Virus record (IMG/VR): IMGVR_UViG_3300021093_000006
DNA from: a virus
DNA length: 64,000 nt
Reading direction: 5' to 3' (one strand)
Shown here: piece by piece, positions 57,058 through 64,000 of the stretch
Layout of the letters: every line of letters starts with the position of its first letter
Numbering within the stretch: the stretch's first letter is position 1
Program-made: the position numbers and the translations under genes
The notes under the pieces: generated by a model
Databases searched by the model: none
Told to the model about the DNA's origin: nothing
What the model saw: the letters and a program-made list of their open reading frames with translations, nothing else

Positions 57058-58143
57058 ATGAGAACAATTAATGAATATAATAAAAGATTTTATCAATTAA
57101 TTGAGTCAACGATCGGTGATGTAAAACCATTAATTAATGAGGATGAGAAAGATCCTGGAGAAGGAATAAATACTTATGGTTATGCTATGGGTACTTACCC
57201 AACCTGTATTGATGCCCGTGTCATCTGTCCAGGAGGAACCAATGGTGATTGGGAGGGATCATTACCTAAAGTGTTGGAAATATGTAGTTTAACTAACTTA
57301 ACACCAGGCTCTCAAAAAAGATGGAAAAAACTTACTGCTTCAGGAAACATATCCAATCACTGGTGCGGTTTACCATATCAATATGGTGTTGATTTACCAA
57401 CATACGGAAAATTAGGTTATCAACAATATGAAAAAATTAAAGAGGGATTATTAAGTAAGGGTTGGATAACAGAGGCCGATGCTAAAAGTAGCAATTGGAA
57501 ACCCAAATATGGAAATTATACAACATTTAAACATGACGGTTTTAAATGTCAAGTTTTGTGGTATTCTGATGAAGATCATGAAAATCATATACATGTTGGT
57601 TGTAAAAAAGAAAACCCGTCAGTTAATGTAATGTCTGAAGATTGTACATATGAAGATTCTATTACTGTTCCTAAATTAACCATACCCGAATTCAAAAAAA
57701 TATGGGAAGATAAAGTTGAAAAACAAATAAAGGTGGTTTTTATAACTAAAGATCCTACCATTTCTAGACCCGATTTAGTTAAGGTAGTTCCATTTAAAGA
57801 TGCTGATTTAACTCTTGAGTATAAATACATAGAGTATGCAGAAATAAAATTTGTTGGTGATGGTACTAATGGTGTTAGTATAATTGCCTTAGGTGAAAGA
57901 AAAATTGATGAACTAACCCCTTCTATGTTTTTTATAGATGTTTACAAATCTGACAAAAATGGTATGAGTGTCGGAAAAAGAAAAAGATTTGGAGATTTAG
58001 AAACCCAAAGTATTGGTACTTTAGAAACCGCAGCGCTTGACGCTAAAAATTACTTTTTCGATCTTTGTAAACAATTTAAAGAGTATCCATATTCTAAAGA
58101 AGGACCTAAAGAATTTGAAAACCAAAACCCTTTTGAAATTTGA
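57058..58143 (+). CDS. Leader-bearing protein with M15-like (LAS-type) Zn peptidase domain
   Basis: ATG 57058 in frame with the track ORF; leader MRTINEYNKRFYQLIESTIGDVKPLINE; SQKR...SNH...GVD...HENHIHVG. Confidence 0.68.
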   Translation: MRTINEYNKRFYQLIESTIGDVKPLINEDEKDPGEGINTYGYAMGTYPTCIDARVICPGGTNGDWEGSLPKVLEICSLTNLTPGSQKRWKKLTASGNISNHWCGLPYQYGVDLPTYGKLGYQQYEKIKEGLLSKGWITEADAKSSNWKPKYGNYTTFKHDGFKCQVLWYSDEDHENHIHVGCKKENPSVNVMSEDCTYEDSITVPKLTIPEFKKIWEDKVEKQIKVVFITKDPTISRPDLVKVVPFKDADLTLEYKYIEYAEIKFVGDGTNGVSIIALGERKIDELTPSMFFIDVYKSDKNGMSVGKRKRFGDLETQSIGTLETAALDAKNYFFDLCKQFKEYPYSKEGPKEFENQNPFEI

Positions 58144-58641
58144 GATTGTTGGGGTGAAAATTAAAGAACCGTTTTTACCTGATAGAGTTCCTCCATTCTC
58201 AACTAAGTTGGTGTTGATACCTGAAGCATAAACTTTAAATTGTGATACGGCAATGATTGTAAAAGTTGCAGGACTAGATCCACCCACAACTGTTATTGTA
58301 TCACCAACCGCATAATTAGTACCCCTACTAACTATAGTTGTATTTGTTATACCATTTGCATTAGTAACACTAAGAGTTAATCCTGTTCCAGAACTACTTG
58401 TTGTAGTTGTTTTAGTACCTGTCGTATAACCCGCACCTGTAACTCCATTACCAATAGATGTTACAGAGTTATTTGATGAAGTTGATCTAATAGGTGTTGC
58501 TTGTGGTACATTACTTATAAGTGTACCACCATCTATAATAACTTTACCTGATGTAAATTGTATAGGTGAGGCATCTAATGAATAATATGCAGTAGTTGAC
58601 GGTGAATTTATTTTACCTAATTGGTTAGGTTGTGAAGAATT
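58141..58641 (-). pseudogene. Headless internal fragment of a Thr/Ser/Gly-rich fibre-like protein
   Basis: Frame open from the stop at 58642-44 down through ...GAGYTTGTKTTTTSSSGTGLTLSVT...SRGTNYAVGDTITVVGGSSPATFTI...; no start codon upstream of GTG 58287; runs on into the antisense of the 57058 gene. Confidence 0.55.
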
Positions 58642-58798
58642 TCACTCATCTCATAGAGCAAACCTTTTATGTAAAGATTTTGAATACTACACAAAACATG
58701 ATTGGACTGAAATTCCTGATGATCCTTATGTTTGGTTAGATGATAAAGGTATGTGGTATAAACAAATAGTTGGTAGCAAAGAACGTGTTTTTTTTTAA
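58586..58798 (+). pseudogene. C-terminal fragment of a pyrimidine-dimer glycosylase (DenV/MSMEG_6728-like) gene
   Basis: VVDGEFILPNWLGCEEFHSSHRANLLCKDFEYYTKHDWTEIPDDPYVW...* matches the family C-terminal PxWLG..FHxSHRxNLL.KD..YY...D.PYVW pattern; in-frame TAA at 58583 and no start codon ahead of the conserved motif. Confidence 0.65.
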
Positions 58799-58805
58799 AC
58801 CTAAA

Positions 58806-60158
58806 TTAATCCACTTGATTGATAGTAACAATTAAAGATGGTATTGCGGGTACATTTCCAGAAGGAGGTTGACTTTTTATGAATAATTGGTTATCAACAT
58901 TACTATTTATTTCCCACAATAATGAAACATATTCGTTTGGTGTTGTTGTTTCAAAAAAGAAATTCCAAGCCACAACAACATACGAATTTGATGGGAATCC
59001 AATCTGACTTCCACTATTAGGGACATCAAGACCGTTTTGAGAAAGCCATATATGAGCATGAGTTGCACTATTACCTCCCGTTTTTACCATTTGCGCACTA
59101 AATGCCAAATTATATACCCCTGGTATAGCTATATAAAATTTGTGCCCAGTACAAGTAATTCCATTATTCCAAGAATCTGGTGTATTTGCAGACATACTTA
59201 ATATTGAGCCTGCAACACCTGTTTGGTCTGTAGTGTCATAAAATGAACCAAAATATTTAGTTGTTTCAGGTAAATTTAAATACGTTGTTGCGGATATTGT
59301 TGAAGATTCTATATTTGTTTGACCTGTTAATATGCCATTTTCCCAATCTAGTGATACATTTCCAACGCTATCATAAGCTCTTCTGTTTTCCCAATCTAGT
59401 GATACGTTGCTAGAGCTATCGTAATCTGTTCTGAGTTCCCAACTTAGTGACGGCATTCCAGCGCCATCATAAGCTGCTTTGCCTTCCCACTCTATTGATA
59501 CATTTCCAGTGCTATCGTAAGCTGCTCTGCCGTCCCAATTCAAAGACACATTACCTAAATTATCGTAAAGTTCTCTTGTGAATGTATCTACGTTGTTAAA
59601 GTTGCTTGAATCTTTTATTATTGTATCTCCTGTAATAATTAAACCTGAAGTAAAATACGTTACACCTGTCACAGTTCCACCACTTAAAGGTAAATAATTA
59701 CCCGTAACATTATCAGGTAGATTTTGATATGTTGTAGCAGATATTGTACTTGCAGTTAATCCTTTTAATGATGTGTCACCAGTAACAGTTAAATTTCCAT
59801 TCACAGTAAGACCAGACATAACATCTATTGTCGCACTAAGTATATTACCTGAAGTGTCTGTTATTGTAAATGTGTTTTCATTATCATATGTGAAATCAGA
59901 TATACCTGAAGTTCCAGAAATAATACTATTTATATCTCTATATTGAACCAATCCTGTTATATTATCGATAACTAATATCCTATTAAGGGTATTATCGTTA
60001 GAAATTACATTTAATTTTAACTGATCTTGCACAGTTATTGGAGAACATCCATAAATATTGCTTGTCCATATACCTGTACAGGCAGTAATAGTCTCAAACT
60101 CATTTGTGTTTATAACAATATAATTTTGTTTTATATTTGAGTTATCACAACTACTCAT
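58806..60158 (-). CDS. Collar/tail-fibre-like protein with 16-aa repeats and C1q/BclA-like C-terminal head (450 aa)
   Basis: Thr/Gly-rich, YLPLSGGTVTG; five YDxxGNVSLxWExR repeats; YFGSFYDTT...GVYNLAFSAQ...IWLSQNGLDV...AWNF head domain. Confidence 0.7.
   Translation of the reverse strand: MSSCDNSNIKQNYIVINTNEFETITACTGIWTSNIYGCSPITVQDQLKLNVISNDNTLNRILVIDNITGLVQYRDINSIISGTSGISDFTYDNENTFTITDTSGNILSATIDVMSGLTVNGNLTVTGDTSLKGLTASTISATTYQNLPDNVTGNYLPLSGGTVTGVTYFTSGLIITGDTIIKDSSNFNNVDTFTRELYDNLGNVSLNWDGRAAYDSTGNVSIEWEGKAAYDGAGMPSLSWELRTDYDSSSNVSLDWENRRAYDSVGNVSLDWENGILTGQTNIESSTISATTYLNLPETTKYFGSFYDTTDQTGVAGSILSMSANTPDSWNNGITCTGHKFYIAIPGVYNLAFSAQMVKTGGNSATHAHIWLSQNGLDVPNSGSQIGFPSNSYVVVAWNFFFETTTPNEYVSLLWEINSNVDNQLFIKSQPPSGNVPAIPSLIVTINQVD
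59329..59576 (-). repeat. Five 48-bp (16-aa) degenerate coding repeats
   Basis: LYDNLGNVSLNWDGRA / AYDSTGNVSIEWEGKA / AYDGAGMPSLSWELRT / DYDSSSNVSLDWENRR / AYDSVGNVSLDWENGI. Confidence 0.85.
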
Positions 60159-61186
60159 AATAATATTCCATTTATTTCTACTTCAGAAGATTTACTTACA
60201 TCAGTTTTATTAACTTTAATGTATAATTGATCTCCGTTATTTACGGTAAAAGGTAAAGTTACTATACTACCATTTTTCTTAAATAAAACTGAATTTGTAT
60301 TTGTTACTGTTAAATCATTGTATGTAGCCGATACATCTACAGGTATTGTAACATTACTAGTTCCTACCTTAAAAAATACATTGATACAAATACCACTATT
60401 TTTTGTATCTAAATTAACTTGATATGATGCCCTATATAATTCTTCACTTATTTCATAAAAACTAACCGCTCTATTAATTGCGGGTGTTATTACAAAATCA
60501 TCTTCATCTAATAAATAACCCATCATTTTTATCGTAAAAAGTTGTACATAATATTTTCTTTCATCTAAGTTACTTATAGAACTCTCATCACCTACACTAT
60601 CTAAAATTAAAGGTATTGGGTGACCATTAACTTTTATATATTTTTCTAATGCAGAAAAAGAAGTTAACATTTTTCTATTCATTAGATTTAAATCTCTCAT
60701 CCTATTACAAAAAAGTCTCACTTCATACATTATATCAACAGAAACAGGTTGTGGTATTTTATACATATCATACCCCTTTCTATTACCATCCCATGTAGGA
60801 ATTTTCATATACGTAAATGTTGGTCTACCAGGTATATTAAAACTTCCAGCGTAATTTGTACCTTGTTGAGCATCAGGTTTTCTAACAATAGTAATAAATG
60901 GTAATTTTATATTTTTATCAATATCAGTATATTGCCAAGTTTTAGAAAATTCTGCCCATCTTTGTGCACTTAAAAATATAACAGGTACTTTCTCACCTGC
61001 CAAACTTAAATCAATATCGTTATTAAGATAGTTAATGATTTCCCCATCCATATCCTCGTGAAGAATACCTTTGGGTAAATATGTCCCTTTATTAGCGATA
61101 TCATCCAATATACTCTGTCTCTGCTCAAAACCTTGTTTATGAGGAGTTATATTTACATATTTTCTATAATTTTTTGGTAATCCCAT
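60155..61186 (-). CDS. Tail terminator / sheath stabiliser, T4 gp15-like
   Basis: VPVIFLSAQRW, KLPFITIVR, PQPVSVDIMYEVRLF...RDLN, FTIKMMGYL; follows the neck gene. Confidence 0.65.
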   Translation of the reverse strand: MGLPKNYRKYVNITPHKQGFEQRQSILDDIANKGTYLPKGILHEDMDGEIINYLNNDIDLSLAGEKVPVIFLSAQRWAEFSKTWQYTDIDKNIKLPFITIVRKPDAQQGTNYAGSFNIPGRPTFTYMKIPTWDGNRKGYDMYKIPQPVSVDIMYEVRLFCNRMRDLNLMNRKMLTSFSALEKYIKVNGHPIPLILDSVGDESSISNLDERKYYVQLFTIKMMGYLLDEDDFVITPAINRAVSFYEISEELYRASYQVNLDTKNSGICINVFFKVGTSNVTIPVDVSATYNDLTVTNTNSVLFKKNGSIVTLPFTVNNGDQLYIKVNKTDVSKSSEVEINGILL

Positions 61187-61698
61187 TATATTCCGTTAAA
61201 TTCGTCTAAGTCTGTTGGTACACAAGTTATTGTCCTATAAAATCCTTTATACCCACCTATTGTATGGGCATTATCTGAAAATATTTTTCCGTCATTTGAT
61301 ACTGTAAAATATTTTATTTTTGTTTCTGTTTCTGGATAGGCAATGTAATCACCATAACTTATATCTACACCTAATTCATTTAATTGATCTTGATAGACAC
61401 CTAAAGTAATATTACCCCTTTCTAGTAATCTTAAAGAACCGTCACTATTATAACTTTTATTTGTTGGTGTTGCGTAATTAAAACTAACAGGAATTTCTAT
61501 AGGAGGTTTAAATCTTATTTCATTTTTACCTGCCTCACCATAAATATCATCATTAGTCGTTTCAGTTCTATCAACACGATAAAGAATTACTTTGATGTTA
61601 ATATCACCTTCTAACCATTCCCTACCAAAATCAATTTCTAATTCAAAATCATCTTGCGAAAAAAATTTGTTTAAACGTTCTATTGGCACTTTACGCAT
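61186..61698 (-). CDS. Neck / head-closure protein, T4 gp14-like
   Basis: VILYRVDRTETTNDDIYGEA...FKPPIEIP...DISYGDYI. Confidence 0.7.
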   Translation of the reverse strand: MRKVPIERLNKFFSQDDFELEIDFGREWLEGDINIKVILYRVDRTETTNDDIYGEAGKNEIRFKPPIEIPVSFNYATPTNKSYNSDGSLRLLERGNITLGVYQDQLNELGVDISYGDYIAYPETETKIKYFTVSNDGKIFSDNAHTIGGYKGFYRTITCVPTDLDEFNGI

Positions 61699-61718
61699 AT
61701 TATTAAATCTATTTATAG

Positions 61719-61726
61719 ATAAATAT
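61719..61726 (-). promoter_or_regulatory. Putative late promoter motif ATATTTAT
   Basis: 20 nt upstream of the neck ATG. Confidence 0.5.
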
Positions 61727-61748
61727 TTATTTTTAAGAAAAAATTGTG

Positions 61749-61756
61749 TATCTTTG
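61749..61756 (+). promoter_or_regulatory. Bacteroidota-type -7 box TATCTTTG
   Basis: 5 nt upstream of the helicase ATG 61762; TTTA 19 nt upstream as a weak -33. Confidence 0.5.
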
Positions 61757-61761
61757 AAAAT

Positions 61762-64000
61762 ATGTTAGATATTAAAGACATAAACAATTTAGATACTGAT
61801 ACTTTATTGTCTTCTTATGAGGGTAAAAACCCTTATATTAGATTTATGAAGAAAAAAATGGATACTGAAAAGAATTATTTTTTAACTAATAGTCAATCTA
61901 ATTATATTAAAACTTATTATTATTTTGAACCAAAAGAAATAAATAAAGTCATTGAATTGACTGAGTATTTCTCTGAACAATTAAAAGAAGAACATAAATT
62001 AAAAATTTCACCTAAAAAAATTTTTATAGATACATTATTGGCGGAATCCGAAAAAGCAATTCACGTTCTTTGTAAATTACATAAAAAACAAGAAGATTTT
62101 AAAATATTGTGGATTCCTAAAACACAACTTTTAGATGACATTCATTATGAAGAACTTAATATTGATATTGATTTTGAAAAATATGTTGATTTAGATAAGA
62201 GAGGATGGAAGGCATTTAAACATCAGGAAGATGGTATTAAATTTCTTATAAACAATAAGAAATGTATTTTGGCGGATGATATGGGATTAGGTAAATGTCA
62301 AAGTGTTGATTCTGAAGTATTTACTCCATATGGTAAAAAAAGGATTGGGGATGTAATACCTGGTGATTATGTTATTGGTTCTGATGGTAAACCTACAATT
62401 GTTGAGGCAGTATATCCACAAGGGGTGAAAGATTTATATAGAATAACATTTAATGATGGTTATTCTATATTAGTTTCTAAAGATCATCTATGGACTGTAA
62501 GTAGTAATAATAGTGGAGAAAATTCTAAAAATAGAGAAAATAAATACCATACATTAAGTGTTGAACAAATGTTGGATGAAGATTTAGTTTTAATAAAAAA
62601 TGGTATAGGGTGTAACGAAAAAAAACCTTATAAATTCAATACGTTTTATAAAACTAAAAATGGGCAGAATAAATGGCAAATACCTATTGTAAAACCCATA
62701 GAATTTACTGTCGACAAAACTTTACCGATTAATCCATATTTATTGGGTATCTGTTTGGGTGATGGACATATAAAAGATGTATCAGTTAAAGTAGATGTCC
62801 ATAAAGATGATTTTGATGAATTATTTTCAAACCAAACAATAAAAGAAAATAAACCACAAAAAAATTTAAGATGTGGTTCTATATTTTTATCAGAATCATT
62901 AAAAGAACTTAAAATTAATCAAACTAGATCATATAATAAATTCATACCTGACATCTATAAATATTCGTCAATTGATGATAGACTGTCTTTATTACAAGGT
63001 CTTATGGATACGGATGGACATTGTATGAAATCAAAAAAAGGTAATTTTACTGGTACTGAATTTTCTACATCATCCGAAAAACTAGCAGACGATGTTGCAG
63101 AAATTGTTCATAGTCTTGGGGGTATTGTTAGAAAAAAAAGTAGAATACCTACTTATACTTATAAAGGAAAAAAATTAAAAGGTAGATTAAATTACAGACT
63201 TAACATTAAATTACCAAAAGGGATGAATCCATTCAGACTAAAAAGAAAGTCTGAAGAATATAAAACTTCTGAAAAATATAAGATAGGTAGATATATTACA
63301 AATATACAATTAGAAAAACAAGGTGAAACGGTATGTATTCAAGTTGATGCTAAAGATCACCTATATGTAACTGATCATGGTATTGTTACTCACAATACCT
63401 ATCAGTCTATAGTTGCCGCATTAGAAAGTGATTCTGAAAGAGTTTTAATTATTTGCCCATCATCACTTAAAATAAATTGGAAACGTGAGGTTGAAAACTT
63501 TTGTGATGATGTGTCTATCATAAATGGGACTTATTGGAATCCTTCTAGATTTACAATCATCAATTATGATATACTGAAAAATTTTCATACGGTAAAAGAG
63601 AGGGGTAAAGACTATGAAGATTGGGAAATTCGTAAAGAATTATTAGAATTTAATCCTGATTTAATTATTTTAGATGAAGCGCATTACATTAAAAATCATA
63701 AAAGTATAAGGGGTAAAATTATAAAAGATGTATCAAAAACGTTTAAAAATTCTAGGGTATGGTTATTAACTGGTACACCTATCGCTAATAGACCGATGGA
63801 TTACTATAACTTACTATCTATAATTGATTCTCCAGTTGCAAATAATTGGGTTCATTATGCTAAAACATATTGTGCAGGATCTAGATTTAAGAAAGGTGGT
63901 AAATTTGTTTGGGTTACCAAAGGATCATCTAATTTAGATGAATTATCTACTAAAACTAAAAGAACTATTCTTAGACGTAAAAAAGATGAGGTTTTAGATT
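61762..64000 (+). CDS. SNF2-family (HARP/SMARCAL1-like) helicase, intein-containing, truncated by the window end
   Basis: Not in the track (no stop in window). HQEDGIKFL, LADDMGLGK|T, IICPSSLKINWKRE, IINYDIL, ILDEAHYIKN, LLTGTPIANRP. Confidence 0.9.
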   Translation, partial: MLDIKDINNLDTDTLLSSYEGKNPYIRFMKKKMDTEKNYFLTNSQSNYIKTYYYFEPKEINKVIELTEYFSEQLKEEHKLKISPKKIFIDTLLAESEKAIHVLCKLHKKQEDFKILWIPKTQLLDDIHYEELNIDIDFEKYVDLDKRGWKAFKHQEDGIKFLINNKKCILADDMGLGKCQSVDSEVFTPYGKKRIGDVIPGDYVIGSDGKPTIVEAVYPQGVKDLYRITFNDGYSILVSKDHLWTVSSNNSGENSKNRENKYHTLSVEQMLDEDLVLIKNGIGCNEKKPYKFNTFYKTKNGQNKWQIPIVKPIEFTVDKTLPINPYLLGICLGDGHIKDVSVKVDVHKDDFDELFSNQTIKENKPQKNLRCGSIFLSESLKELKINQTRSYNKFIPDIYKYSSIDDRLSLLQGLMDTDGHCMKSKKGNFTGTEFSTSSEKLADDVAEIVHSLGGIVRKKSRIPTYTYKGKKLKGRLNYRLNIKLPKGMNPFRLKRKSEEYKTSEKYKIGRYITNIQLEKQGETVCIQVDAKDHLYVTDHGIVTHNTYQSIVAALESDSERVLIICPSSLKINWKREVENFCDDVSIINGTYWNPSRFTIINYDILKNFHTVKERGKDYEDWEIRKELLEFNPDLIILDEAHYIKNHKSIRGKIIKDVSKTFKNSRVWLLTGTPIANRPMDYYNLLSIIDSPVANNWVHYAKTYCAGSRFKKGGKFVWVTKGSSNLDELSTKTKRTILRRKKDEVLD
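62296..63396 (+). mobile_element. Intein with LAGLIDADG homing endonuclease (367 aa)
   Basis: Begins with Cys after GLGK (TGT 62296), block B SKDHLW, LAGLIDADG motifs YLLGICLGDGHI and LLQGLMDTDGHC, ends VTHN followed by Thr (ACC 63397); splicing restores Walker A GLGKT. Confidence 0.95.

Noticed and set aside
58021-58287. Track ORFs 58021..58287 and 58037..58231 as intact genes
   Set aside because: The first is the tail of the headless fibre fragment reading into antisense of the 57058 gene; the second is a shadow frame.
58141-58641. Fragment as a DGR template repeat or invertible shufflon segment
   Set aside because: No reverse transcriptase, recombinase, matching variable repeat or terminal inverted repeats seen in the window; cannot be excluded genome-wide.
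1-64000. Stop-codon reassignment, as in some large phages
   Set aside because: Genes are long and tile the window under the standard code; TAA, TAG and TGA all terminate genes at expected positions.
1-64000. tRNA, rRNA or group I/II intron
   Set aside because: Intergenic gaps are short and AT-rich with no cloverleaf or T-loop motifs noticed; nrdJ, dnaB, recA and sheath read uninterrupted. A covariance-model scan was not run.
1-64000. Eukaryotic giant virus origin suggested by Cys-rich repeats and SNF2
   Set aside because: A contractile tail gene set, bacterial-type terminators and promoters, and RecA/DnaB/NrdJ indicate a bacteriophage.

Overview
64 kb of a very AT-rich, large tailed-phage (jumbo myophage-type) genome. 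It is almost fully coding, mostly on the minus strand. Contractile-tail genes recognisable from motifs: neck and tail-terminator proteins, sheath, T4 gp19-like tube, gp26-like tail assembly chaperone, tape measure, tube initiator, LysM-like/gpX protein, a 1892-aa hub, gp25-like and gp6-like wedges, and a gp7/gpI-like wedge cut off at the left edge. A replication/recombination block (SSB, RecA, 5'-3' exonuclease, DnaB, class II ribonucleotide reductase) sits inside the baseplate cluster. A SNF2 helicase carrying a full LAGLIDADG intein is cut off at the right edge. TTG-N19/20-TAnnTTTG promoters and A-rich, Shine-Dalgarno-free starts suggest a Bacteroidota host. Most notable: (1) ten genes plus one internal module share short basic N-terminal leaders, most ending in (L/I/M/V)-x-E, on unrelated cargo domains (peptidoglycan peptidase, OmpA-like, zincin, HAD phosphatase, transmembrane segments), suggesting a capsid-targeting cargo system; (2) a probable +1/-2 programmed frameshift in the tail chaperone; (3) a putative late-promoter motif ATATTTAT, the reverse complement of the T4 late box; (4) a NusA-NTD-like segment; (5) microproteins and gene fragments missed by the ORF track. 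No tRNA, rRNA or CRISPR array was seen. All family calls come from motifs read by eye; no database search was run.
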